Shown here one piece after another: positions 56,770 to 64,000 of a DNA stretch of 64,000 nucleotides (positions within the stretch are counted from its first letter, which is position 1; each line of letters begins with the position of its first letter). Position numbers and translations under genes: made by a program. A model generated the notes under the pieces. That model worked only from the letters and a program-made list of their open reading frames with translations, was not told the DNA's origin and did no database searches. The DNA lies in contig CP186953.1 of the NCBI GenBank assembly GCA_049570475.1, positions 1,280,001-1,344,000 on the forward strand, given 5' to 3'. The stretch is from Candidatus Methanosuratincola verstraetei. Its GTDB lineage: Archaea > Thermoproteota > Methanomethylicia > Methanomethylicales > Methanomethylicaceae.

Positions 56770-57446
56770 TCCTTCTCTGCGAGTACTACCCAGTTCTCGG
56801 GGAGCCTCCCCCTTATCCTCTCCCCGTATGATTTGATTATCCTCAAACCCGATCTCTTGACTGTATTCTCCAGCTCACATCTAGTGAATAAATGGTAGAA
56901 CCTGCCTCCTTTCCTTCCCCATGGGACAATCAGATCGCCAAGCTCCCCTCCGCTAAACGGGCTGGAGATGATTCTTATTATCCTTCTCAGGAACTTGGTT
57001 TGGAGTATGGACCATGCTGTGATCAAGACCATCCCCCCGCATTTGGTAACCCTCCTGACCTCTGCCATCGTCCTCAGCCTGTTCTCCTTACCCCCTATGT
57101 GGTGTATCACCGCTACAAGCGCAACAGCGTCGAAGGACCCATCCTTGAAAGGTAGGTGCAGCGCGTCGCATCTGACCGTCTCTATCCCTAGCCGGGATGA
57201 TTTCTTCCTGAACGCATTGAGCATGCCTATTGACAGGTCTGCTGCGACAACGGAATACCCGAAAGATGCCAGGGCAACCGCATTCCTCCCTGTGCCGCAA
57301 CCAAGATCGAGCGCCATCCCTTTGCCTCCCTTAAGCTCGAGGATCGAGGGCCAGACCCTCCTCCGGGTCCTCGCGAAATCCTCAGAAATCCTGTCGTAAA
57401 GCTCCCCTATCTCCTTCCTTCTGGAGCAGCCCCACAAGAAATCCAC
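56766..57446 (-). CDS. Trm9/ALKBH8-like SAM methyltransferase
   Basis: YDRISEDFARTRRRVWP, DLGCGTGRN, VAVIHHI, LITAW, DLIVPW, RFYHLF. Confidence 0.8.
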   Translation of the reverse strand: MDFLWGCSRRKEIGELYDRISEDFARTRRRVWPSILELKGGKGMALDLGCGTGRNAVALASFGYSVVAADLSIGMLNAFRKKSSRLGIETVRCDALHLPFKDGSFDAVALVAVIHHIGGKENRLRTMAEVRRVTKCGGMVLITAWSILQTKFLRRIIRIISSPFSGGELGDLIVPWGRKGGRFYHLFTRCELENTVKRSGLRIIKSYGERIRGRLPENWVVLAEKD

Positions 57447-57448
57447 CT

Positions 57449-58141
57449 TTAAGTGCTCCCGATTTTCCCTGACAGGATCGCTTCTGCTATCTCAGCGAAA
57501 CCTTTCCCGAATTTGGACGTGGATACGTAGTCTGCCTCCTTCTTGATCGACTCGTCTCCGTTGGCTACGACACACTTGATCCCGGCGGCGCGCAGCAGCT
57601 CGGCGTCGGTCATGCTGTCCCCAACTCCTGCCACCTCCTCCCTGCTGAGCCCCGCCCACCTGAGAGCCTCGAGGAGGCCAACGCCCTTGTCAACCCTCTT
57701 GTCAAGGATGTGGTATGCGAATCCGCTGTCAATGACCTTGATCCCTTCGAATTTGTTCACTTCCGAAGCCACTTTGTCATAATCAATCGTTCTCATTATC
57801 GCGGCATCGACGTACCTGTGAGGGTTTGACCATGCTTCTCTGATGAGATCGCCGTACACTGACCTTAGGTGATCGATTGCTCTCCTGCCGAGCCCCCTCT
57901 CTCCCAGGATCTTTATCTTCCCTCTATATTCGACGACCCCTCCATTCTCAGCGACTGTTGGCCCGCTGCAACCTATGTACCTGGCGAGTGCCTTGAGTAT
58001 GCAGAGCGCGTTGCCAGAGCACAGGATTACCTTTATCCCGCTCCCCTCGAGCTTCCTTATTGCCTCGATGGCCTCGATGTCGATTATTGAATTGTCATCA
58101 GTGATGGTCCCGTCTACGTCTGTGGCAACAGCCCTTATCAT
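57449..58141 (-). CDS. Phosphoglycolate phosphatase (archaeal SPP-like HAD)
   Basis: DVDGTIT, SGN, AENGG, DKG, GDSMTD. Confidence 0.88.
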   Translation of the reverse strand: MIRAVATDVDGTITDDNSIIDIEAIEAIRKLEGSGIKVILCSGNALCILKALARYIGCSGPTVAENGGVVEYRGKIKILGERGLGRRAIDHLRSVYGDLIREAWSNPHRYVDAAIMRTIDYDKVASEVNKFEGIKVIDSGFAYHILDKRVDKGVGLLEALRWAGLSREEVAGVGDSMTDAELLRAAGIKCVVANGDESIKKEADYVSTSKFGKGFAEIAEAILSGKIGST

Positions 58142-58160
58142 CGAAAACCACTTCTCTCGA

Positions 58161-58493
58161 TCATAGCCTGAGCAGATGTTCCTTGAGATCTTCCTCGAGC
58201 TTCTCAGGCTCCATTAAGCCCCCGAGTCTGTGGATCTCCCTGCCGTTCTTGAAGAAGATGAATGTGGGAGTGACATAGACCTCATAATCCTCTGGCTTCT
58301 TCCTGTTCTCCCTCATGTTAAGCTTTGCAAAAGCTGCCTTGCCTGAATATTTCCTCGCAAGCCCCTCATACACTGGGGCCATCTCGCTGCATATGCTGCA
58401 CCAGGGATCCCAGAACTCCACAACAGCAGTCTCATTCCTGTCTATAAAACTATCAAAATCCTTGTCTGTAATATCTACTGGAATCGCAGACAT
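58161..58493 (-). CDS. Thioredoxin family protein
   Basis: VEFWDPWCSIC, TPTFIFFKNG. Confidence 0.88.
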   Translation of the reverse strand: MSAIPVDITDKDFDSFIDRNETAVVEFWDPWCSICSEMAPVYEGLARKYSGKAAFAKLNMRENRKKPEDYEVYVTPTFIFFKNGREIHRLGGLMEPEKLEEDLKEHLLRL

Positions 58494-58649
58494 TTTTTGA
58501 TGCCCCTTTCCCCTTCTGAAAAAGGGTATCTATGAGGGTCTATTTATCTTTGCATTGCCCCAGCAAAAGATCCACTTTAAAATTTTTTTAGATAAAAACC
58601 TTTAAAAAGATTGAAATACAAGCTTTATTGGGTATTGAGGTTTCTTGTG

Positions 58650-60158
58650 ATGCCCCAGCTAAGGCTGCTAGGAGCAGGACGCGAGGTAGGGCGCTCGTGC
58701 ATACGACTAGACATAAATAACCACCACTTTCTCCTCGACTGCGGCATAGATCCCGCTGCAACTGGACCGAATGCATTGCCTGATTTCACAGGAACAAGCG
58801 TTGAGAATCTGGATGCCGTGTTTGTCTCCCATGCGCACCTGGACCATACTGGGGCCATACCTGAGCTCGTCAGAAGGGGATTCAAGGGCAAGGTCTTCAT
58901 GACCCTGCCAACCCTTGCACTCGTCAAGCTCCTCTGGCAGGACGAGCTCTCGATAATGGAAAGGGAGTGGCCCAAGGAGGATCGCCTGTGGTCTTCCAAG
59001 GAGATGCACCAGGTGCTGAACAAGCTGGCCGTCCCGACGACTTACCATGAGGTCTTCAAACTCGACTCGATTAGCGTGAACTTCCACAATGCTGGTCACA
59101 TATTGGGATCCACAATGACTGAGATAACGTACAAGGGATTCAGGCTCGTATACTCGGGGGATCTAGGGACTTCCTCCAACCACCTCAGGTACTGGCGCAC
59201 TGAAGACTTGGTCTACCCTGACGTGCTCATATGCGAAGGGACCTACGGTGGGAAGAACAGGAAGAGCAGGGAAGAGACAGGAAAGGAATTCATCGAATCA
59301 GTCAGGTCGACTGTAGAGTCGGGCGGTAAGATACTCATCCCAACATTCTCTGTGGGGAAGGCGCAGGAGATACTCAAGATACTGAAGGACAGCTGGAACA
59401 AGATCCCGAACGTGGAGGTCTACCTGGAGGGCATGGCGATAGAAACGCTCCGGATTTATGAGCAGTTCCTGATCTACATGGACGACAAGGTGAGGCGGGC
59501 ATACCTATTCAACAACATCAACCCGTTCCGGTGGGAAGCCCTCCGGACATTCAAGAGCATATCCGAAAGGAAACGCCTCTACCAGAGGGACTGCGCCTGC
59601 ATAATACTTGCGCCCTCGGGGATGCTTAGGGGCGGGTGGAGCGTCTGGCACATGATAAAGATGGCTGAGGACGAGAAGAACCTGATCGCCTTGTGCGGCC
59701 ATATGGAGGAAGGCACAACCGGACACCAGCTCATGTCCGGAATTAGGAACTTCACCCTCAGGGACATGTTATCAAAGGAGTCCAAGGAAGTAAATGTCAG
59801 GTGCAAAGTGGCCCACTTTGACATATCTGCCCATGCAATGCACAACGAGCTCTGCAACTACATCTCGAGGATTAAGCCAGAGAGGCTAGTCCTAGTCCAC
59901 GGGGATGAGGAGAGCCTGAAGGCTCTTGCAGAGTCGGTCAAGCAGCACACTGGAGAGATCATCATGCCATCCGTAGGGGAGACTGTTGATCTTGAGCACA
60001 GGCCCTTGAGCAGCACGCAAGAGGTCCATGTCGAGGTTCCAATCTCCCAATCAACCTCGATAATTGTGCCCAAGGGCTTCTCCATGCGGGTTAAGCACCA
60101 CGGTAAAGAGAGGTTCATGCGGGCTGAGGACATCCGCTCACTCCTGAATTCCAAGTGA
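58650..60158 (+). CDS. Beta-CASP metallo-beta-lactamase ribonuclease without KH domains
   Basis: GAGREVGRSC, SHAHLDHTG, AGHILG, YSGD, EGTYG, SAHA, LVHG. Start moved to ATG 58650. Confidence 0.9.
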   Translation: MPQLRLLGAGREVGRSCIRLDINNHHFLLDCGIDPAATGPNALPDFTGTSVENLDAVFVSHAHLDHTGAIPELVRRGFKGKVFMTLPTLALVKLLWQDELSIMEREWPKEDRLWSSKEMHQVLNKLAVPTTYHEVFKLDSISVNFHNAGHILGSTMTEITYKGFRLVYSGDLGTSSNHLRYWRTEDLVYPDVLICEGTYGGKNRKSREETGKEFIESVRSTVESGGKILIPTFSVGKAQEILKILKDSWNKIPNVEVYLEGMAIETLRIYEQFLIYMDDKVRRAYLFNNINPFRWEALRTFKSISERKRLYQRDCACIILAPSGMLRGGWSVWHMIKMAEDEKNLIALCGHMEEGTTGHQLMSGIRNFTLRDMLSKESKEVNVRCKVAHFDISAHAMHNELCNYISRIKPERLVLVHGDEESLKALAESVKQHTGEIIMPSVGETVDLEHRPLSSTQEVHVEVPISQSTSIIVPKGFSMRVKHHGKERFMRAEDIRSLLNSK

Positions 60159-60161
60159 GGA

Positions 60162-61046
60162 TCATCCGTGGAAGTATTCAGAGGTCGCGCCGCTCCCCCC
60201 CTCTTTTCCAGGAATCCCTGCGGCATCAGCCCTGCATTGCCGGCAGAGCCTGAACTGCGGGAGGTGCTTCTCCGCGGCCTTTCTCGCCTCCTCGAGCTCT
60301 TGACATGTCGGCCTCCTGTGATCCTTGAAACCGTGCTGCGGTATGAGCGGTATTATGTTCATGAGGCTAGCCCCCCTCTTTGAGGCCTCCTCCGCAATGC
60401 GCGGGATCTGGTGAGTGTTGACCCCTGGTATTAGCACGGTGTTTATTCTGACGACTACCCCCCTCTTAACAAGCTCTTCAATCCCTCGAAACTGCTTCTG
60501 TATCAGCAGCCCAGCACCCTTGGCGCCATCAAGTGTTTCACCGTTATACCTGACCCACTCATAGATCTTTGATCCAACTTCCGGATCAACAGCATTGATT
60601 GTAACTGTGACGGTCCTGACCCCGCAATCCTTCAGTTTGTCTGCCACATCCTCGATCAGCAGTCCGTTCGTTGAGAGGCACAGTATGAGGTCAGGGTAGC
60701 TTTCTTTTATCCGTCCTAGCAACCTGTATGTTGCCTCGTTCTCTAGCGGATCCCCAGGTCCTGCTATGCCGACGACCTTAAGGCTGGGGTTGCTCTTCAC
60801 CTCTGCCTCAAGCCTCTTGAGGGCCATCTCATCGTCCATTATGCAGGCCGCGATCCCGGGCTTCTGCTCGCACTTGTCTATCTTCCTGACGCAGTATCTG
60901 CACTGGATGTTGCACCTCGGAGCTACAGGCAGGTGGATCCTTGCAACTGTGAAATGTGCCTTAACGCCAAAGCACGGGTGGGCTGCTGTGAGGTGGGCAA
61001 ACTTAGATCCTATCCCTGCCCATTTGGGGTTCTCTTTTTCCGCCAT
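60162..61046 (-). CDS. nifB: Stand-alone NifB radical SAM protein (no NifX domain)
   Basis: HPC, CNIQCRYC, EQKP (ExRP variant), AGPG, TVTIN, CRQCRADAAG. Confidence 0.9.
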   Translation of the reverse strand: MAEKENPKWAGIGSKFAHLTAAHPCFGVKAHFTVARIHLPVAPRCNIQCRYCVRKIDKCEQKPGIAACIMDDEMALKRLEAEVKSNPSLKVVGIAGPGDPLENEATYRLLGRIKESYPDLILCLSTNGLLIEDVADKLKDCGVRTVTVTINAVDPEVGSKIYEWVRYNGETLDGAKGAGLLIQKQFRGIEELVKRGVVVRINTVLIPGVNTHQIPRIAEEASKRGASLMNIIPLIPQHGFKDHRRPTCQELEEARKAAEKHLPQFRLCRQCRADAAGIPGKEGGSGATSEYFHG

Positions 61047-61094
61047 AAGCACTCTCCCTCAACTTATCCTATTATGTTATAACGGTGTTATATA

Positions 61095-61499
61095 CTATGC
61101 GGTCCATTTGGTGTAGGCGTCCGCGAGCCTCTTGAGCGCGCCTGAAAAATCCCTGCTTATCACATACTTTGATTCCGAGGTCCTGTATTCCAGTATTCCC
61201 AGCGGCAAAAGGTAGTCCTTGATTACTGTGTAGGCTGCACTCCTCCTCCGCCTCTTCAGCCTCTCGTTGATATAGTCTGAGAGCTCCTGGGTCGTAACCC
61301 ACCTTGGATACCCCCTGTTCTCGCGGTCGCTCTTGATCTTTATCCATTCAAGTATTAGGGTAGCTATCTCCTTATATGACTCGGCATTAGTGAAGACTAT
61401 CTCGGTGATCTCCTTCAGGCCCATGTTGCCAGAGACCTTCGAGGCAATGAAGTACATCTTGCCGGATCTCTTGGCTCTAGGGACGATCCTCCGAGGCAA
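61095..61499 (-). CDS. Hypothetical basic protein, possible winged helix
   Basis: TTG 61499 preceded by GGGGT; TTQELSDY...AYTVIKDYLLPLGILEY...KYVISRDF. Confidence 0.6.
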   Translation of the reverse strand: MPRRIVPRAKRSGKMYFIASKVSGNMGLKEITEIVFTNAESYKEIATLILEWIKIKSDRENRGYPRWVTTQELSDYINERLKRRRRSAAYTVIKDYLLPLGILEYRTSESKYVISRDFSGALKRLADAYTKWTA

Positions 61500-61626
61500 T
61501 GTGGATACCCCTTTATTGTGATCTGAATTACGACCATGGAGACCTAATAACACTTGCCATTTGTTGCACAGATCTAGAAAGATATTTCAGTTTGCGTGCA
61601 CACTTTCTATGTGAGGAGACTCATTT

Positions 61627-62082
61627 TTGCCCAAGCCACAATTCAATGATCGCAAGGAAGCGTTATCTGGGCTCGAGCTCGAGAAGGTGCTTTATGACGC
61701 TTCAGAGAGGCTCTCCTCCCAGATCCTCTCTGGAATCAGCCCTGAAAGAGGGCTGAACCTAACAATCGACGTCTGGGAGCTCGAGAACCTCCTCCTCCCC
61801 GCCCTTAACGCTGCGGTGAACGAGATCCGGATATTTGACGAAATGAAGGCAGAAGATTTCTCTTTTGAGCTGAAGCGGAGGCGCAACACCCTAGCGCATG
61901 ATCTTGTAAACCTGCTCATTGAGTGCCTCAGGGATGCCTATAGGGATGATGTCGCGGTTGAATACGCAGCGACAAAAGTTGTATCGATCAAGTTTCTCAA
62001 AAAGGTTGAAAACCTATCAGTCGTGAAGAAGGAATTCACCAACAGGGTTTATGAAGTGCTCCGGCACCTCCTCGGGAAATAA
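61627..62082 (+). CDS. Hypothetical protein
   Basis: 151-aa ORF filling the gap; no motif recognised. Confidence 0.6.
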   Translation: MPKPQFNDRKEALSGLELEKVLYDASERLSSQILSGISPERGLNLTIDVWELENLLLPALNAAVNEIRIFDEMKAEDFSFELKRRRNTLAHDLVNLLIECLRDAYRDDVAVEYAATKVVSIKFLKKVENLSVVKKEFTNRVYEVLRHLLGK

Positions 62083-62126
62083 GGGCGAGGCATCCATTTT
62101 TTAGCATGAAGCGCCAAGTTTAATGC

Positions 62127-63527
62127 ATGGGGGATTCATTAGAGCATCTCTTCTCGCCCAGGTCTGTCTGCGTTATAGGGGCTTCAAGGGATCCCGAGGC
62201 CTGGGGCCACGTCCTGCTCCGTAACCTCTTGAACGGCGGATTCCGCGGCAGGATCTATGCCGTGAATCCAAGGGCTAATGAAGTGCTCGGCATACCTTGC
62301 CACAGATCCGTTTTTGAACTTCCTGAGGAGATCGATCTTGCAGTGATCGCCCTCCCAAGCGGTCTCGTCTACGATGCAGTGGTTGAGTGTGGGGAAAAGG
62401 GTGCGAAGTACGCAATCGTGGTCTCAGCCGGATTCGGAGAGTCCGGGCGCTCTGACCTTGAGCGCAAGGTTGTCCAGGCAGCAAGGGCGCGCGGGATGCG
62501 CATCATCGGTCCAAATTGCATGGGGATATACAGCTCCCACTCGGATTTAGTCTCGACCTTTACATCCCTCGTGCCGCCAAGGGGGGAGATCTCGTTTGTA
62601 TCCCAGAGCGGCGCTGTAGGCACGACTGTCCTGGCCTGGGCAAAGGAACATGGCGTTGGGTTCAGCAAGTTCGTAAGCATTGGCAACGAGTCTGACCTCT
62701 CCATCCCTGAACTTCTGGAGTATTTTGAAACTGACGATAGCACGAAGGTGATTGCGCTATACTTGGAGTCAGTGAAGGACGGCAGGCGACTAGTTTCTTC
62801 GTTGTCATCCTGCACCCTGAAGAAACCAGTTGTAGCTATGAAAGTGGGTGTGACTTCTGCTGGTGCCGCAGCCGCTTCATCCCATACGGGGGCTATCGCA
62901 GTCGAGGACAAGATCATTGATGGCGTATTCAGGCAGTATTCTGTGATAAGAGCAAGAGACCCTGCTGAGCTCTTTCGCATATCCTTCGCCTTCTCAAGCC
63001 TACCCATACCATCAGGGAGATCCGCAGCCGTGGTTACGACAGGAGGTGGGTGGGGGATAGAATGCGCCGACGCCCTCGAGATGAAAGGGATTTCGCTCCC
63101 TCCGCTCCCCAGGGAAGTTTTCGAGGTTGCAGATGCGACCCTTCCGGGGTTCTGGTCAAAGAGGAACCCGATAGACATGGTGGCATCCCCAGACCCTTTC
63201 GATTACTCGCGGATACTCGAGGCCGTTCTCAAGTCGCCTGAATTCGACATGGCGTTTCTGTTGGGTTTTGGTACGATCGGATCGATAGCAATGCCGAGCC
63301 TCATAAGATCTGAGATTGAAGCCGCAAAATCGATCTCAGAGATCGTCCGCGCCACAAATAAGCCGCTCTTTGTGGTCGATATGCTCGGCCCATCCCAGAG
63401 CGCGGCCTCACGCGCGCTCATAAAAGCAGGGATCCCTGTATTCCCAAGTTCGTTGTCTGCTGCCGAAGCTGCATCCGCGATGGTAAGGTATCGCGAGTTC
63501 AGGAGACGAAAAAGCTCTAGAACTTGA
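62127..63527 (+). CDS. acdA: ADP-forming acetate/acyl-CoA ligase, alpha subunit
   Basis: VIGAS, AGFGE, IIGPNCMG, SQSGA, SIGNE, SHTG, NPIDM. Confidence 0.9.
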   Translation: MGDSLEHLFSPRSVCVIGASRDPEAWGHVLLRNLLNGGFRGRIYAVNPRANEVLGIPCHRSVFELPEEIDLAVIALPSGLVYDAVVECGEKGAKYAIVVSAGFGESGRSDLERKVVQAARARGMRIIGPNCMGIYSSHSDLVSTFTSLVPPRGEISFVSQSGAVGTTVLAWAKEHGVGFSKFVSIGNESDLSIPELLEYFETDDSTKVIALYLESVKDGRRLVSSLSSCTLKKPVVAMKVGVTSAGAAAASSHTGAIAVEDKIIDGVFRQYSVIRARDPAELFRISFAFSSLPIPSGRSAAVVTTGGGWGIECADALEMKGISLPPLPREVFEVADATLPGFWSKRNPIDMVASPDPFDYSRILEAVLKSPEFDMAFLLGFGTIGSIAMPSLIRSEIEAAKSISEIVRATNKPLFVVDMLGPSQSAASRALIKAGIPVFPSSLSAAEAASAMVRYREFRRRKSSRT

Positions 63528-63963
63528 TCCTTAAGTCCTCCTTCACAACGTTAAGGGCGATGCTCGTGACCGTCCTCTTGATTGCCTGGATCTTCAGCGC
63601 TTCTTTTATGAAAGTGTTCAGGTCCTCCCTGTTCTTGAATTTGCCAATGGCTATTATGTCGAACTCCCCTGTTGTGTCGTAGACTGCAATAATCGACTTG
63701 GATGTCGCGAGCTTCTCCTCGACCTCGACAATCTTCTCGCCCTCTACCTGCATGAGCACTATTGCAGTCAGCCCGTAACCTAGCTTCTCAGCATCAACAA
63801 TAGCCGAGAAGCTCTTGATCAGCCCGATCTCTTTCAGCCTCTTTATCCTGTTGTGGACCGTGCCGACTGAAAGGTTCAGCTTTTCGGCGATATCCCTGTA
63901 GCTGGTCATCGCATCTTCTTGAAGCTCCCTGAGTATCATCAGGTCAATCTCATCATAAAACAT
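63517..63963 (-). CDS. Lrp/AsnC transcriptional regulator
   Basis: DEIDLMILRELQEDA, SVGTVHNRIKRL, YDTTGEFD. Confidence 0.92.
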   Translation of the reverse strand: MFYDEIDLMILRELQEDAMTSYRDIAEKLNLSVGTVHNRIKRLKEIGLIKSFSAIVDAEKLGYGLTAIVLMQVEGEKIVEVEEKLATSKSIIAVYDTTGEFDIIAIGKFKNREDLNTFIKEALKIQAIKRTVTSIALNVVKEDLRIKF

Positions 63964-64000
63964 TCTTTCACCTCCTTATGGCTCCAGTGGCGCGTCCTTC

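Noticed and set aside
60162-61046. Evidence of nitrogen fixation
   Set aside because: nifB alone is not diagnostic and no structural nif genes are in the window.
1-64000. CRISPR arrays, tRNA/rRNA genes, IS elements, proviruses, or Pyl/Sec read-through genes
   Set aside because: No spaced repeats, cloverleafs, transposase or integrase motifs, or in-frame stop splitting a recognisable gene were seen by eye; a tool-based scan could still find small elements.

Overview
Gene-dense archaeal chromosomal window with no rRNA, tRNA, CRISPR array or mobile element recognised. It combines methanogenesis genes (atwA/component A2, markers 7, 17, 6, 3 and 5, mcrD, mcrC, and a stand-alone nifB) with Thermoproteota-type housekeeping genes (lysXYZJK with an Lrp/LysM regulator, a stand-alone CDC48-N-like protein). 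This points by inference to a methyl-reducing methanogen of the Methanomethylicia (Verstraetearchaeota). mcrABG, marker 15 and lysW are not in the window. Best leads: (1) an MCR-activation gene cluster with a shortened McrD, an attached wHTH regulator and an unknown small protein, plus a NifB with no nitrogenase nearby; (2) a codon-biased flavoprotein/HdrD-like pair whose flavoprotein lacks lactate-dehydrogenase motifs, divergent from a biotin-domain-less carboxyltransferase; (3) a Trm9-like methyltransferase translationally coupled to Elp3; (4) a MatB-like acyl-CoA ligase fused to CBS domains facing a wHTH-CBS regulator; (5) unannotated structured RNAs, a missed 51-aa transporter partner and candidate LysM operators. 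All family calls come from motif recognition by eye; no database search was run.
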